Positions 12,390 to 25,062 of a stretch of DNA of 64,000 bases are shown here, one piece after another. The position numbers and the translations under genes were made by a program. The DNA is taken from contig NC_086373.1 of NCBI RefSeq assembly GCF_036588685.1, forward strand, positions 6,014,001-6,078,000, given 5' to 3'. Each line of letters starts with the position of its first letter. The stretch's first letter is position 1. This DNA comes from Mytilus trossulus (Eukaryota). The notes below the pieces were generated by a model. That model made no database searches, was not told where the DNA came from, and worked only from the letters and a program-made list of their open reading frames with translations.

Positions 12390-14453
12390 TTTCACATCTA
12401 ACCGTTGGATTACGGATTATTATATCAATAAGTTCATAAATCATAATAAATATCAAAGAATAAGGTAATTAAATTATTTATGCATATTTGATTGGCCTAG
12501 AAATTACGGAATCTGTACATGTCAGTTTTTACCGTGACTATATGTCTGTCGACGTCGTAAACTGTTTTTTTCTCTACAATTGTATTGGTTTATTGAGTGC
12601 TGCGTCTCAGTAAATCAAAGTTTGTAGTTATTTGGTGATATGGTATGTCAGATGATTTAGTGATTGACAAATAAAATTGAGAAAAGAAATGGGGAATGCG
12701 TCAAAGCGACAACAACCCGGCCATAGAGCAGACAATAGCAGAAGCACACCAATGGGTCTTCAATATAGCGAGAAACTCCCGCACCCGTAGGCGGTCTTCA
12801 GCTGGCCCCTTAAAAATATGCATACTAGTACAGTGATAATGGAGGTCATACTAAACTCCGAATTATACACAAGAAACTAAAATTAAAAATAATACAAGAC
12901 TTATAACGGCCAGTGTCTCCTGACTTGGGACAGGCGCAATATTGCGGCGAGGTTAAACATGTTTATGAGATCTCAACCCTCCTCTATACCTTTAGCCAAT
13001 GTAGAAAAGTTAACGCATAACAGTACGCACATTTAAATTCAGTTCAAAAGAAGTCCGAGTCCGATGTCAGAAGATGTAACAAAAGTAAATAAATAACAAT
13101 AACAATTATACATAAATAACAACAGACTACTAGCAGTTTAGTGACATGCCAGCTCCAGAGCTCAATTAAACTGATTGAATGATTATGTCTTCATCCTATG
13201 AATATTAAGCTCACCAGTTAGGGGTTTAGTATAGTATTATCAGAAAATAAATGAGAAGAACATAACCCGTGTCATGCCAACAACTGTTTTTTTTTTAAAT
13301 AAATGTGTTTAGTTCCGATGCAAAGATCCTTTAAGTGAATCAATATTAAAGCCAAAATATGTAATCTTTAATGATCTGACAACAGTATCATAACTATATC
13401 CCTTCTTGATAAGTATGTTTAAAGGTTTTGTAAGCTTTTAAAGTGAAAACTGACATTTTGTGCTTTGTAAAAAATATTACCATAAAAGATTGGATGTGAA
13501 ATACCTGAGAGTATAAGATGTCTGGATTTTGAGTTATATTTACGAATTATTTCCTAATACCGATGATAAAATTTAGTAAATGTTTTGACACGTTTGTGAT
13601 ATCGAAAACCCTGGTGTAATATTTTTTCAGTAATATATACATAAATTTTTCTCGCTAAAATCTTATACGTTGTTACATACACGAGCGAATCGAACAAGTT
13701 GAGATATATAAACACCATACGAATAGTACTTGCATGCAGGTTCTCAGATACCATTGCCCATATTAATATCACATTATCCAGAAATGCACATTATGTGTTC
13801 CTCTCCTAGCTTTTTTAAAATCATAATCATTGCATTGAGTGTATTCCTCCCTGACAGTCTTGAACATTAAAACTAATATTAAATAGAATGGTTAGTATTG
13901 GGTTCAGGTTGACTGCCATTGTGCAAAACAGTTTAATATAGAACCCTATGGACAAAAACTCTTTTTTGTCAGAAAACACTGTAGAACTTGTAAGTGTTCA
14001 CACTTTTTGAAATTTGAAAAAAATATGTCTATGTCTGAACCGTTCGCCCTTCGCTGTCGTGTAACAAAAGACATAAAATAAAACAAAATCACTCAAGATA
14101 GTCCTTACAGAGTCTGAGACAAATACACTCAAATTTGAAATCACCTTCTATTTACCTTCTGAAATGTGCTATCGTTACTTGAGATTTAACTATAAAAATC
14201 GCAACTCCTCAATATTATGCCATCTCTGGTATGTAGTCAAATAAAACAAAGGACACAATTATGTAAGGTTAATAGGTGGGTCAGATTTATAAAGATTGAT
14301 GTGAAACACGCCTACTAAGATATCGGAATCATGGTAAACAGGAACTGACCGTCTTTTATTGGGACTGGTGTAAACAAAACAGGTGCCAGTAGAATTATCT
14401 TTGATGACAAATCTGTATATAAATAAGTATACTATTCTTGTGCAAGTCATTAC

Positions 14454-15707
14454 ATGATACAAACCGATATGGTACACCACACTATGAATCCACTTGGTAA
14501 AATGGTTATGGCTTTGTTGTTGTTTGTACCGCTCGTAGAATCAATGGCTGTCAATGGTTTAAATCAACAAGTACAAAGGGACATTGGGGCCAGCGCTGGT
14601 GGACAAGCACTGGATTTAGCATTTGTTATGGACTGTACTGGAAGCATGGGCTCGTATATAGATACCGCCAGAAAACATATTCAGGCTATTGTTGACGAAA
14701 TTGTGACTTCTTCTAACACCACCGTTCGCTTAGCTTTGATTGAATATCGAGATCATCCTCCAGAGGATAATACCTTTGTTACAAAAACATATAATTTCAC
14801 AGATTCCGTGTTCATGATGAAAATTTGGCTAAATGCTGCGCGCGCCACTGGAGGTGGGGATGGTCCCGAGGCAGTGGCTGAAGCTTTGTATAAAGCCACA
14901 AAACTGTCATGGCGTCCAGAGGCTACCAAAATAACTGTTCTGATTTCTGATGCACCTCCCCATGGACTTGTTCCGTCACAAGACAGTTCGTTTCCCAACG
15001 GATCTCCTACTGGGCACGATCCAATGAGGATAGTTCGTGACTTAGCTCAAATGGGGGTGACCTTATATATCATTGGTTGTGAACCAGCTATTCTTCCATA
15101 TAAAGACTTTTTCATGGCACTTGACTATTTGGCCGGTGGGCAATATGTACCTCTGTCGAGACCAGAACTTCTGGTTGATGTTATAACAGGTGGCGCACAA
15201 GAAGAACTGTCGATTCAGAAATTTGAAAAGCTCGTGCAGGTTGAGGTCCAGAAAACTATTGCAGCAGGAGGCACTGTTGATAAACAGAAAATTTCACAAA
15301 CTGTATACAACGAGCTAGTTAATTCGGGAGCAACATCGACTCATTTGTTATTAAACAATGCGACGTTAGAAGGCACAACGGATGCCGCAAAACAAATAGC
15401 ATCGGCTACATCTATGGCGGAAGTACGACTCCATTTCCATATGGCAACTGCAAAACCTTACACGTATCCAACATATGTTCCAGGACACCCCGTTTTTTAT
15501 CCAACTTATGCTCCAGGACACGCAGTTTTTTATCCAACGGCTGCTCCAGGATATAAAGCTCCAGGAGGAACGTTTACAGGAACAGGAACAGGAGCGTTAA
15601 CAGGGTCAGGAGGATCCGGTTCCGGTACCGGGGACACATATAGTGCTGTTCATTCGGGAATAAGTGTTGACCAAGTCGACAGATTAGTACAGAAAGTTCT
15701 TGGTTGA
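14454..15707 (+). CDS. Intronless secreted VWA domain protein, copy 2 (shorter repeat region)
   Basis: 417-aa ORF almost identical to copy 1 over the VWA domain; true start probably at MNPLG (14484) or MVMALL. Confidence 0.9.
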   Translation: MIQTDMVHHTMNPLGKMVMALLLFVPLVESMAVNGLNQQVQRDIGASAGGQALDLAFVMDCTGSMGSYIDTARKHIQAIVDEIVTSSNTTVRLALIEYRDHPPEDNTFVTKTYNFTDSVFMMKIWLNAARATGGGDGPEAVAEALYKATKLSWRPEATKITVLISDAPPHGLVPSQDSSFPNGSPTGHDPMRIVRDLAQMGVTLYIIGCEPAILPYKDFFMALDYLAGGQYVPLSRPELLVDVITGGAQEELSIQKFEKLVQVEVQKTIAAGGTVDKQKISQTVYNELVNSGATSTHLLLNNATLEGTTDAAKQIASATSMAEVRLHFHMATAKPYTYPTYVPGHPVFYPTYAPGHAVFYPTAAPGYKAPGGTFTGTGTGALTGSGGSGSGTGDTYSAVHSGISVDQVDRLVQKVLG

Positions 15708-16082
15708 TTTCACATTAAATAGAGGACGTTTTATCGTGATTAAAAGGATTATAATATAAATAAGTTCATAAATCATAATATAATCAAAGAAGAAGGTAAT
15801 TAAACCAATTATCTGCATATTTGATTTGCCTAGATTTTACGGATAAATATAAGCTTTTAACGTCACTTAAAAACCTTTTTGGCTGTCGTCGTATACTGTC
15901 CTAACAACTTCTTATAAACTTTATAGCTTTATTGACGGATGCGTCTGTGAAAAATAAATTTGGTAGTACTATATGTGATTAAATGGTTCTTTCATGACAA
16001 ATCCATGATACTTTAGTTAGTTGAATCCAACGTCGCGTCCATCACCTCGTGACAAAAATGTTGGCATCATGGTAACTTCCAA

Positions 16083-17030
16083 TAATCCAGTCAAACTAAG
16101 TTTTAACCCCAAATTAATTGCTACAGAAAATGTTTAATTTCAAATATATAGCATAAAGCCCTAAATATTCACAGAAAAAGTCCCATACAATCTAACTTGA
16201 GGAAAGAAAATTCAAGATCAGCATTTTTAATATCCTATATAGAAATTAACATTGGAAGGGGAGGTAACTCCACAAAAATGAGTCTCTTTTTGTCAGTTTT
16301 TGGTTGATTTTCTTAAAATTTATTTGAGTATGATACATTGACGGGATTATAAGTTCGTATTTGGCTATATTATATAGTTTTCTGCTCATGAAATGTACAA
16401 CAACGAAGTTTTATGTGTATTTTATTTTTATTTGTGAATTTTTCATTAAAGAAATTGCAAATTTGTGGCTTTGTGTCCATTCGAAAAAATACTATGATGT
16501 GAAAATTTTGTATTGTTTGTATCTGTATATTATATTTGTTCACCATTTACCTTTTTAAAGAAACTTTAAACCACAAAAAGAAGAATATATACTTAATTAG
16601 TTTTATTAAAGAGATTCTTTACCTTGACATGTTGAAAAATTCAAAATATGGTCAACTAATGAATTATGAAATCTAGATTGCAGCTTGAGAAAAGATATGA
16701 AAACGCCGTTAGAGTTGTTTATTACATTCTAAAGACGGCTAAAATACTAAGAATCATTCTGTTAAATAGAAGCGGAAAAGTTTTAATTATAAATTTTTAT
16801 CAATATTTCTTCTTTTTTTGCGGAGTTCTCATAGGCTCCCTTTTTAAATCACGGCAAATCTACGTAGGAATTTTAAATCGTGATCTTTTAGTCTTCCTCA
16901 AGATAGATTTTATCGGACATTTTTCTGTGTATATTTAAGGTATAATTGTAAAGATTACTGAAAATTTTAAAATATTCTGTTGCAATTACTTTAAGGTTAG
17001 GGTCAAATTTATGCTAGATTGACTGGACTA
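16083..17030. mobile_element. Non-autonomous DNA transposon with degenerate TIRs
   Basis: Left TAATCCAGTCAAACTA...TAATTGCTACAGAAAAT versus right ATATTCTGTTGCAATTA...TAGATTTGACTGGACTA. Confidence 0.6.
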
Positions 17031-17969
17031 CAACACATATTGATATTGAGCGAACAGGTGAACAAGTCTGATCATACACTGAACTAACTTTCACGCTTAA
17101 CCATAAGACCGCCAGCCTAGGCTTGTAAAATACTTTTCTAGACACCAACAAAGTTCAACGATTTTTTTGGTAAAAGTTGGCTTCGGACTAGTAGATTCAA
17201 AATTTTATTATGAATACTCATATTGATCCAAATTTTATTCAATAACTTACAACAAGTATGAGATACTACATATAAAACAGTTTCTAAATTCTTATCAACT
17301 GATTAGATTGATGTATATCAGAAAAAAAATCCCTATATACATATTAATGTATATAGGAAATGTTTTCCGAGGCAAGTGCCTGTGATCTACTACAAGGTAT
17401 GGCACATTCATGTCTACTACCTACTGAAATATAAAACTTTACATAAAAAGTTGACGCTATAATGTTCATTTGGGAAGTAGAATAATTAATGCGACCAGAA
17501 ACGGACTCGGTCTTCTTTTAAACTGAGTGTCACAGTGTGTGTATTTGTTTGTTTGTTTTTTCTACATAGGCTTAAACCATGCATGTTCAACCCCGCCGCA
17601 TTTTTGCGGCTGTCCTAAGTCAGGAGCCTCTGGACTTCGTTAGTCTTTATTGATTTTAAAAAGTTTCTTTATATATTTCGGAGTTAAGTATGACGTCCAT
17701 TATCAGTGAATTAGTACACATTTTGGTCTGGGGGCTAGCGGTTGTGTTCTTCTCTTCGATCATGGTGTAATCTCTTTGATACATTACCCATTTCCATTCT
17801 CAATTCTATTTTGTAAAAGGAAACAGTTTTCTATCGGATTTTTGGCTAATTGACTAAAAAAAATCTAAAGTATCTATAATCTGGTGTACGACCTATAATA
17901 ATACCTTTTTAAAACTGCCCCAACTGCATGGACTTCAATCAATCATAATAATACTATTCAAGATAATAA

Positions 17970-19070
17970 CAACAAGAGTGCACACACTGAAATGTCTTGC
18001 CTTCTTTTTGTCGAGCCTGCAACTTTTGTTGCAAAAAGATCGACATAGGGATAGTGATCCGGCGGCGGCATTAGCTAACTTCTTAAAAGCTTTATATTTT
18101 AAAAGGTAGAAGACCTGGATGCTTTATACTTTGTATATAGATGCCTCATGTTACTAACTTTCTGTCAGTCACATGTCCAATGTCCTTGACCTCATTTTCA
18201 TGGTTCAGTGACTACTTGAAAATAAAGTTAAGATTATTTGTAATGTTAAATTCTCTCTTATTATAAGTAATTGGATAACTATATTTGGTATGTGCGTATT
18301 ACTCGATTTATTTCGCTTGACTGGGCGGAGTTTAACCGGTTCGCTCATAATAAACCAGGCCATCTATAGATAGGTGTATTAGGATAAACTCATCAATGAA
18401 GTGTCAAGTAATTCTTTTGTAAATTCCTTTGATGACACTGATAGGTGATGAGAAATCAGTAATAATTATAACGGCAAATCATCCTTATCACACACATCTT
18501 CAAATAGACTGTCCTTATGCAAATTAAAACCTAGCTCCGCCCGAACAGTTGAAATAACATTGGTAATACCTTGCAAGGTCCTCATGCCCGTCAGACAGTT
18601 TTCACTTGACCTTGACCTCAATTCATGGATCAGTGAACAAGGTTAAGTTTTTGTGGTCAAGTCCATATCTCAGATACTATAAGCAATAGGTCTAGTATAT
18701 TCGGTGTATGGAAGGACTGCAAGGTGTACATGTTCAACTGGCAGGTGTCATCTGACCTCGACTTCTTTTCATGGTTCAGTGGTTATAGTTAAGTTTTTGT
18801 GTTTTGGTCTGTTTTTCTTATACTATATGCAATAGGTCTTCTATATTTGGTGTTTTTAATGATTGTAAGGTGAACATGTCTAGCTGACAGGTGTAATCTG
18901 ACCTTGACTTCATTTTCATGGTTTAGTGGTCAAAATTAAGTTTTTGAGTTTTGGTCTATTTTTCTAATTCTTAATGCATTAGGTAAACTATATTTGGTGT
19001 ATGGAAATATTTTATGATCTATATGTCTGTTACACAGGTTTTATTTGACCTTGACCTAATTTTTTGTGGG
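17970..19070 (-). mobile_element. HINE-like element with ~150-bp internal repeats (TGACCTTGACCTCATTTTCATGG); related fragment at ~45130-45391
   Basis: Terminal hairpin GTCGAGCCTGCAACTTTTGTTGCA...TCGAC, (GGC)n microsatellite, repeated TGACCTTGAC units. Confidence 0.65.
18297..18568. mobile_element. MITE nested in the HINE, with TA target-site duplication
   Basis: GTGCG-TA-[TTACTCG...GGGCGGAG ... CTCCGCCC...GGTAA]-TA-CCTTGC; removing the insert restores the host repeat. Confidence 0.65.
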
Positions 19071-19889
19071 CAGTCCATATATCACGATAATGACCAGTTT
19101 TTCAAGAACTATTATATAATTAAAGGCTGTGTTATGTGTGACTAGTTCCTCACATGTTGATTCCTAGACCTGAAAACCCTTCTGGATAGTTATTTCAATG
19201 GCAATCATATTAACTCAATTTTTATTAAGCAGCAATAATACTTCATTTGGATTTTCAACAAAATTGCAGCTTCTGGAATTAACGAATCACCATGACCGTA
19301 ACTTCGAAGAATTAATTTTCAGTTTTTGAGCAGTTGCATTGTGTATTATCTAAATTGATACAGAACTCTTTTCAGAAAGACCATGAATTACCCATACCCT
19401 CTCATTGGAGTTTGAAAACCTTATGCCTGTTCTAGTTAAGATTCTTTGGATGGTTATCTATTGTTGAGAACACTTGAATGGATGGTTTTGTGTAATCTTA
19501 GTGTCCATTTTTGTATACCAGTATAATATTTTTTTGTCTTATCATACAAGCATACAAAATGATCATACACTTAGCCCATAGGGAAGGATGAGATAAACAG
19601 GGGTTTTACTCATCCTTTTTTTGTGGAAAATCTTAATCTTAAAAGGAGTCATGGCAGACCCTACACTAGAATTATTCAAGTCAAATTTGTTCAAAGATTT
19701 CAAGAATGTCTTGAAAAATGTGATAAAATTAATCAATAGATAAATGTACAACCACTGAGGGCAACAACCTTTACTGGTATTTGAGTTTCACAAAGAATTG
19801 GAATCAATAGCTATAGAAACAAAAATAAAAAACATGTGATAATCAATGTCTTTTTAATGTTTCATTGATTTTCTTCCTCTCTTACTAGT

Positions 19890-22800
19890 TTAGAAATTCC
19901 TACAATGAAAGAAAACATAAGGTTAGATGAAGGATTATCCAGAGAAGCCACCATTTCATAGCAAGCTCTATACATTCAGTATATAGGTTTTTACTTGATA
20001 GTATGATTGACTTTACAAACAAAATCTATACCTTATAACTATATATATATATATTAACATGGCATATTTTTAGGAACCAGTTTAATTGCAATTGTCCCAA
20101 GCTGCCCTTTGTTAGTCAATGTTGAATGTTTTTTTAATTTGGGTTCATTTTTATGTTTAAGTGTTTACCGACGTCTTTTTTTACTGTACCAGTATATTTT
20201 TTGTTTCAAAGCCATCTGAAGCGTGCCTCTGGGTGCTGGGTTTTTCTTGCTGTGTTGGTTTTGCCGTCTGCTGTTTTCTGGTTGGGTTGTTGTCTCTTTG
20301 ACATATTCCCCATATCCGTTCTCAATTTCATCATATTTGAATTTAATACACTTGTTTTGTTCTTTATCAAATTTAAATTAATCTATTTTACATGTTTTAT
20401 GACAAACATGAAAACTGTACTTCATACCTTATTTCTTTTTTAAATCTGGGCAATGTATATATAAACACTCACCACTTGACTATCTAAATGTATATTAAGC
20501 ACCTCAAGGAAGCCAGGTTGTTAAAACCAGCCATTTAAACATATTTTGGCCATGAAGGAGTGTGTTGAGACTACAATGTACCTTAGGCCCTAGGATCCAA
20601 CTTCCTTTATAACTTAACTAACATCCTGACATTTGTTCTATAGTGTAATACTTACTTGGCTATAAGACCATCACGTTTGCCCAATCTGTTCAATGAATCG
20701 TCAGATTCTCCCTACAATACACAATGTCAAATTATCAAAATGGTTTCACATCGTATACATTACAGAATTATGTAAATGCCAAGTAAATGATAGAATTATG
20801 TAAATGCAAAGTAAATGATGCATCATTTTTTTAAATTAAAATTTACGATTACTTAAGCATTTCCCCCTTCAATTCAAACACGACTTTTTAATTTACAAAC
20901 TAACATTAATCAAAAATCCCTGTGATCAACCCTTAATAAATGAATTAGAAGTATTTTGAGATACCAATTTTAGATATAAACATAGCAATAGCAAATGTTG
21001 ACAAATGAGTTGTCTCCATTGATATTTTACCACCCCTGCATTCAACCACAGATTGAACAAGTGGTTTAACTTGGTTGCCTGTCCTGATAAACCAACCCTG
21101 GATGAGTCATCAAAACCAAAGGTAGTCTTCACAATAAATTTGTGTAGCAATAAGGCTGATGCACATATTATGAATAAAATTGTTTAGTTTCTACCAGTGT
21201 GTATATAAAATCTTACAAACCCAATTTAAACATTACAAGCCTGGGAAGGAGAGCATGTGCCAAGGCATGAAAACGGCAATTATATAAGGTTGCCTCCCTT
21301 GATAAAATACCATTACTCAGATAAATTGGCGTTTAATGCCACTACCAGCACTATTTCATGGACGAGGAAGCAAAAATGCCGGTATAAAACAGACAATCCT
21401 AGTGAGTAGTCAACTTTGGTTGGAATAGAGGAGGCTCGCCACGCCACTATGGATATGAACTAGATCTAAGTGCTGATGAGCTAGTGATGTAGTATACTGA
21501 GACTACTATATCACTTGACAACACCTGATGAAAGAAGTGGCAACATTTTGGTTATCTCCCCCGATAACTTACCATTCTCCTGATTCCTCCACAGATGGCA
21601 AAGGTTGTATAACTTCCGGTCATTCTTCCTGTGGTGGTGTCAACCTTTAAATAGATTAAATGCTTTAAAGTAAGTTTAGAAAAAATAATTTCTACAATAA
21701 ATTTGTTCAAGGTTTATCTTTAATTGTTGAAGAAAGGATTTAAAGTTGTATTTTGAAATATATACATATATAATAATCATAATACTTGTATTTAGACCCT
21801 AATTTTGGTCAAATTGATAATCCTTATGTTGTCTATCACGTCTTCTTATTTCATATAAATCAATGTTAATGATTGATGTTGGTTTACATTGTGATATATC
21901 ATTTAATCTGATTCTAGTGACTGGGGTCACCTTTTTCTTGACATTTCATACAAAAACATCTGTTGACAAAGTATGCAGCTTTATACATTTATCTTTATAT
22001 TTTTATTGAGAAAATTATATCTAGTTTTTGATACAGTTAAAAAATTACAAATTGACATAGGATTTGGTGGTTGTTGTTTTTTTTATGTGGTTCATAATTG
22101 TTTCTTATTTAATCATATAGATCAGAACCTTGGTTTTCCTGTATGAATGGTTTTACACTTGTCATTTTTAGGGCACTATAGAAATTTAGCATGGTGGTTC
22201 TGGTGTGAGCCAAGGCTCCATGTTGAAGAGTGTACTTTGACCTATAATGGTTTACTTTTACAAATTGGGACTTTGATGGAGTGTTGTCTCATTTCTCATA
22301 CCACATCTTTCTACAATGTATACCTATTGACACATGTAAACATTATCCTACAGTTTGCAAGTCCATTTTGGTTGTGTACCTTCCTACTACTTACATCAGC
22401 AAAGTTAATTTGGATTGAGGCATGATCCTTGGCAGAAATAATTCTGTTGCTGGCAGAACTGTAAAAAGTAAAATTTTATAAAATTAGGTAAACATTTTGT
22501 AAAAAAAAAAACATTGTTTTTTCCCCACCCACAACCAACTTGTTGAAAAACATGAAATTTTCAATTTAACATATCTTATATCTAAATGTTAAGATATAAT
22601 ATCTTTTGTTAGAAAAGTTAGGTAAGCCAAAACAAATAATTATTTGATTGTTTCTAATGGTGGTTTCTGGACAATTAGTTTGTGATGATTCTATCCAAAT
22701 CTACATGTATATCTAAAAGCAAGGTTTAATCCATAAATCATTTCAGATGTCCCCATCCTTAACCTTGTAGAAAGTGCCATGTAACTCCTACAGCAATAAA

Positions 22801-23105
22801 TATACTACTGAAAAAATTCATTATGCTACCCTAAAATATATTTTGGTTTGCCCAAACCCTACTCAAAGATCTAGGCAATGGGTAGGTACATTTGTACATA
22901 CAGGTAAGCATTTCCTTTTTTATCAAAAATTAAAATGTCAGATGTTTTTGAATTCTTCATGCCTATTTGATAAATACTTTTTCACATAAGGACATTATAA
23001 GATTTTGATTAGGCAGGTATTTTCAGTGTAGGTTATCTTTTTTTAATGGCCTTACCATTTTCTTGGGATGTACATGTCCACGAATTCTCCTTGCTCGTTC
23101 TGCAT
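19890..23105 (-). CDS. RPS21: 40S ribosomal protein S21 (eS21), 83 aa; coding exons 23105-23056, 22458-22395, 21644-21573, 20711-20656, 19899-19890
   Basis: All introns are GT-AG and the phases fit (50+64+72+56+10=252 nt). Translation [83 protein letters not shown] is clearly eS21. ATTAAA poly(A) signal at ~19853-19858. Confidence 0.97.
20486..20600 (-). ncRNA. Candidate intronic H/ACA snoRNA in the last intron of RPS21
   Basis: Sense to the host gene. TTGG...CCAA-closed hairpin, H-box AAAATA (20547-20542), second hairpin, ACA (20491-20489) plus 3 nt. Confidence 0.4.
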
Positions 23106-24483
23106 CTTGTTAACTAAGGTAGTCACCTACAATCAAAATATTTCATTAGTTTTTTTTAAATAGCTAGAACTGTAAATGCATAACAGCTTAACCAAGTTCG
23201 GTGATACAAGTATGATAACCAATTTATTGTTATGGGGTCTATTTTATGACGTCAAACCTCAAAATTCAATTACTTTTACATTTAACTGTTCCTGTTGGTT
23301 ACAATGAACATGATTTTTCATAACACATCATGTCAGAGGGAACACACATTTTATCTATAGACTAGAGAAAAGAGGTAATACAAAAATTATTATGTTGTAC
23401 TGTTACATTTAAAATGTACACCACTGTCCCAGGTTAGGGGAGAGTTGGGAACCTGCCAAAACGGTCATCCTACCATATCCCGCTTACACTATGTACTTTT
23501 ATATCAATTCTTATTTTTTCTAATTTCCACAGCACAATGATTTTACTTACACAAGTTGTGCTTACTATACAATACACCTTATCGCTAATCCCAGCTACTT
23601 GAACTTTTGACACAAACAACAATCACTTTTCGATTGTGGTGTCAGATCTTTTGTTTCATTACTTCAAAATTTTACAGGAACCTGTGTGATATCCAGTAAT
23701 GGCTGACAAATAGCATAAGGTGTATTGACGTTATCCTTTGTCACACTTAAACCCCAATGACAATGTTTAACAATTCAAATGAGATAACAGCCTAATAAAA
23801 TTTGTATGCAAAACTTGAATGAAAAACAAATGTGTAACATATAAACAAAGGACAACAACTGAATTACAGGCTCCTAATAATGACGTGGGGCAGGCAATAG
23901 AATTGACTTTTCAATATTTCTCCTACAGGAAAAAACAGAGCAGTTGCTTGGAAACACACATAGGATTTCCCATACTTTCATACTATTTCCACCTCTTTCT
24001 AAAAAATCTGCCCCCTATCCAACATGGCCGAACTAACCGTGAAGAGCCCTAATCACAAAATTTATATTAAAACATAGTTTTAAAATGTCAGAACATCATT
24101 TGCATATCCATCTTGTAAATTTGACATAGATATAAATAAGTATGCCTTATGATAAAATATTTAAGATGTGCTTTGAGGATGATTAGTAAAGAAGACGTAA
24201 TATTTTAGAATTTAATTTCCGATTTTCTCAAATTCCCAGTTGGCAAGACAGGTAATACTTTTCATTTTTTTCACTTCTTTAAATGCATTAATCAGATGAC
24301 AAAACGTTGAGGGGGTTCCCAATATTTATTTAGTACAACATATATGAACATTTTAATGTAATTGAGGAGAATTGGGTGTATAATAAGTAGTACCAACTCG
24401 TGTGTTCGCAAAGCAAGTTAAAAAGGAAGCACATGTGAGATTACCCAGAATGCAATATAAGTGGGTAATATTTCGTCCCTTAC

Positions 24484-24505
24484 CTCTCGGCCCTTTGAGA
24501 AAACC
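24484..24505 (-). promoter_or_regulatory. RPS21: RPS21 non-coding exon 1 with 5'TOP-like pyrimidine tract
   Basis: Minus strand TTTTCTCAAAGGGCCGAGAG|GTAAG. Exon 2 begins at an acceptor (23126) 21 nt before the ATG, so an upstream non-coding exon is required. Confidence 0.7.
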
Positions 24506-25062
24506 CTTGCTGCCGTCTGCAATCAAGCGTTTGACGTTTAAACAGACGACAAAGCTTACGCATTACATCAAGAGTACTAGACGATACAAAGTTTTCATGA
24601 AAAGTGAGAAAAGATGGCGGAGTGACAGCACATTTTGTTGAGAAGAATTTTATCTCATTGAGCACCCCACTTGGTTTAATACACATTTATTTTGTGAATC
24701 ACAAGACAAATACTAAATAATACGTATCTCTTTTAAAGATTTTACCCTGCATTTGTAATTTTAGTGCCGATAAATAAGGGTTGCGTCCCTCTCAGTATTT
24801 TCACGCCATTGTTGGCAAACACTTGCACCTTTTTTCTTGTTCTCTCCGTTCATTTACATTCTCATCTTAAGATCGTGTCATCTTTTTAAAGTTTTATTTA
24901 TAATTGCAAACTAGTACGATACAAATATTTAGGTGTACACTTCCTGTCAAGGTCGTTGAACTGCTTTGCACATAGAAACTTTAGAAAGCTATATATATTT
25001 ATATTATATATAAGTACTCTCATCTGGAACTAACATTTGCTAGACCATCATAATAAATCCAC

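Larger units (their letters stand above)
10268..15970 (+). repeat. Tandem segmental duplication: unit 1 ~10268-12640, unit 2 ~13714-15970
   Basis: About 750 bp of upstream DNA, the ORF and the 3' flank align by eye; an interspersed repeat separates the units. Confidence 0.92.

Noticed and set aside
10806-15000. Duplicated minus-strand ORFs (10806, 11303, 12122, 14259, 14753)
   Set aside because: Antisense shadows of the VWA genes and their promoters, conserved only because the duplication is recent.
11016-15707. Bacterial contamination suggested by intronless ORFs
   Set aside because: TATA box, poly(A) signal and flanking mussel-type repeats show the genes are embedded in host DNA.
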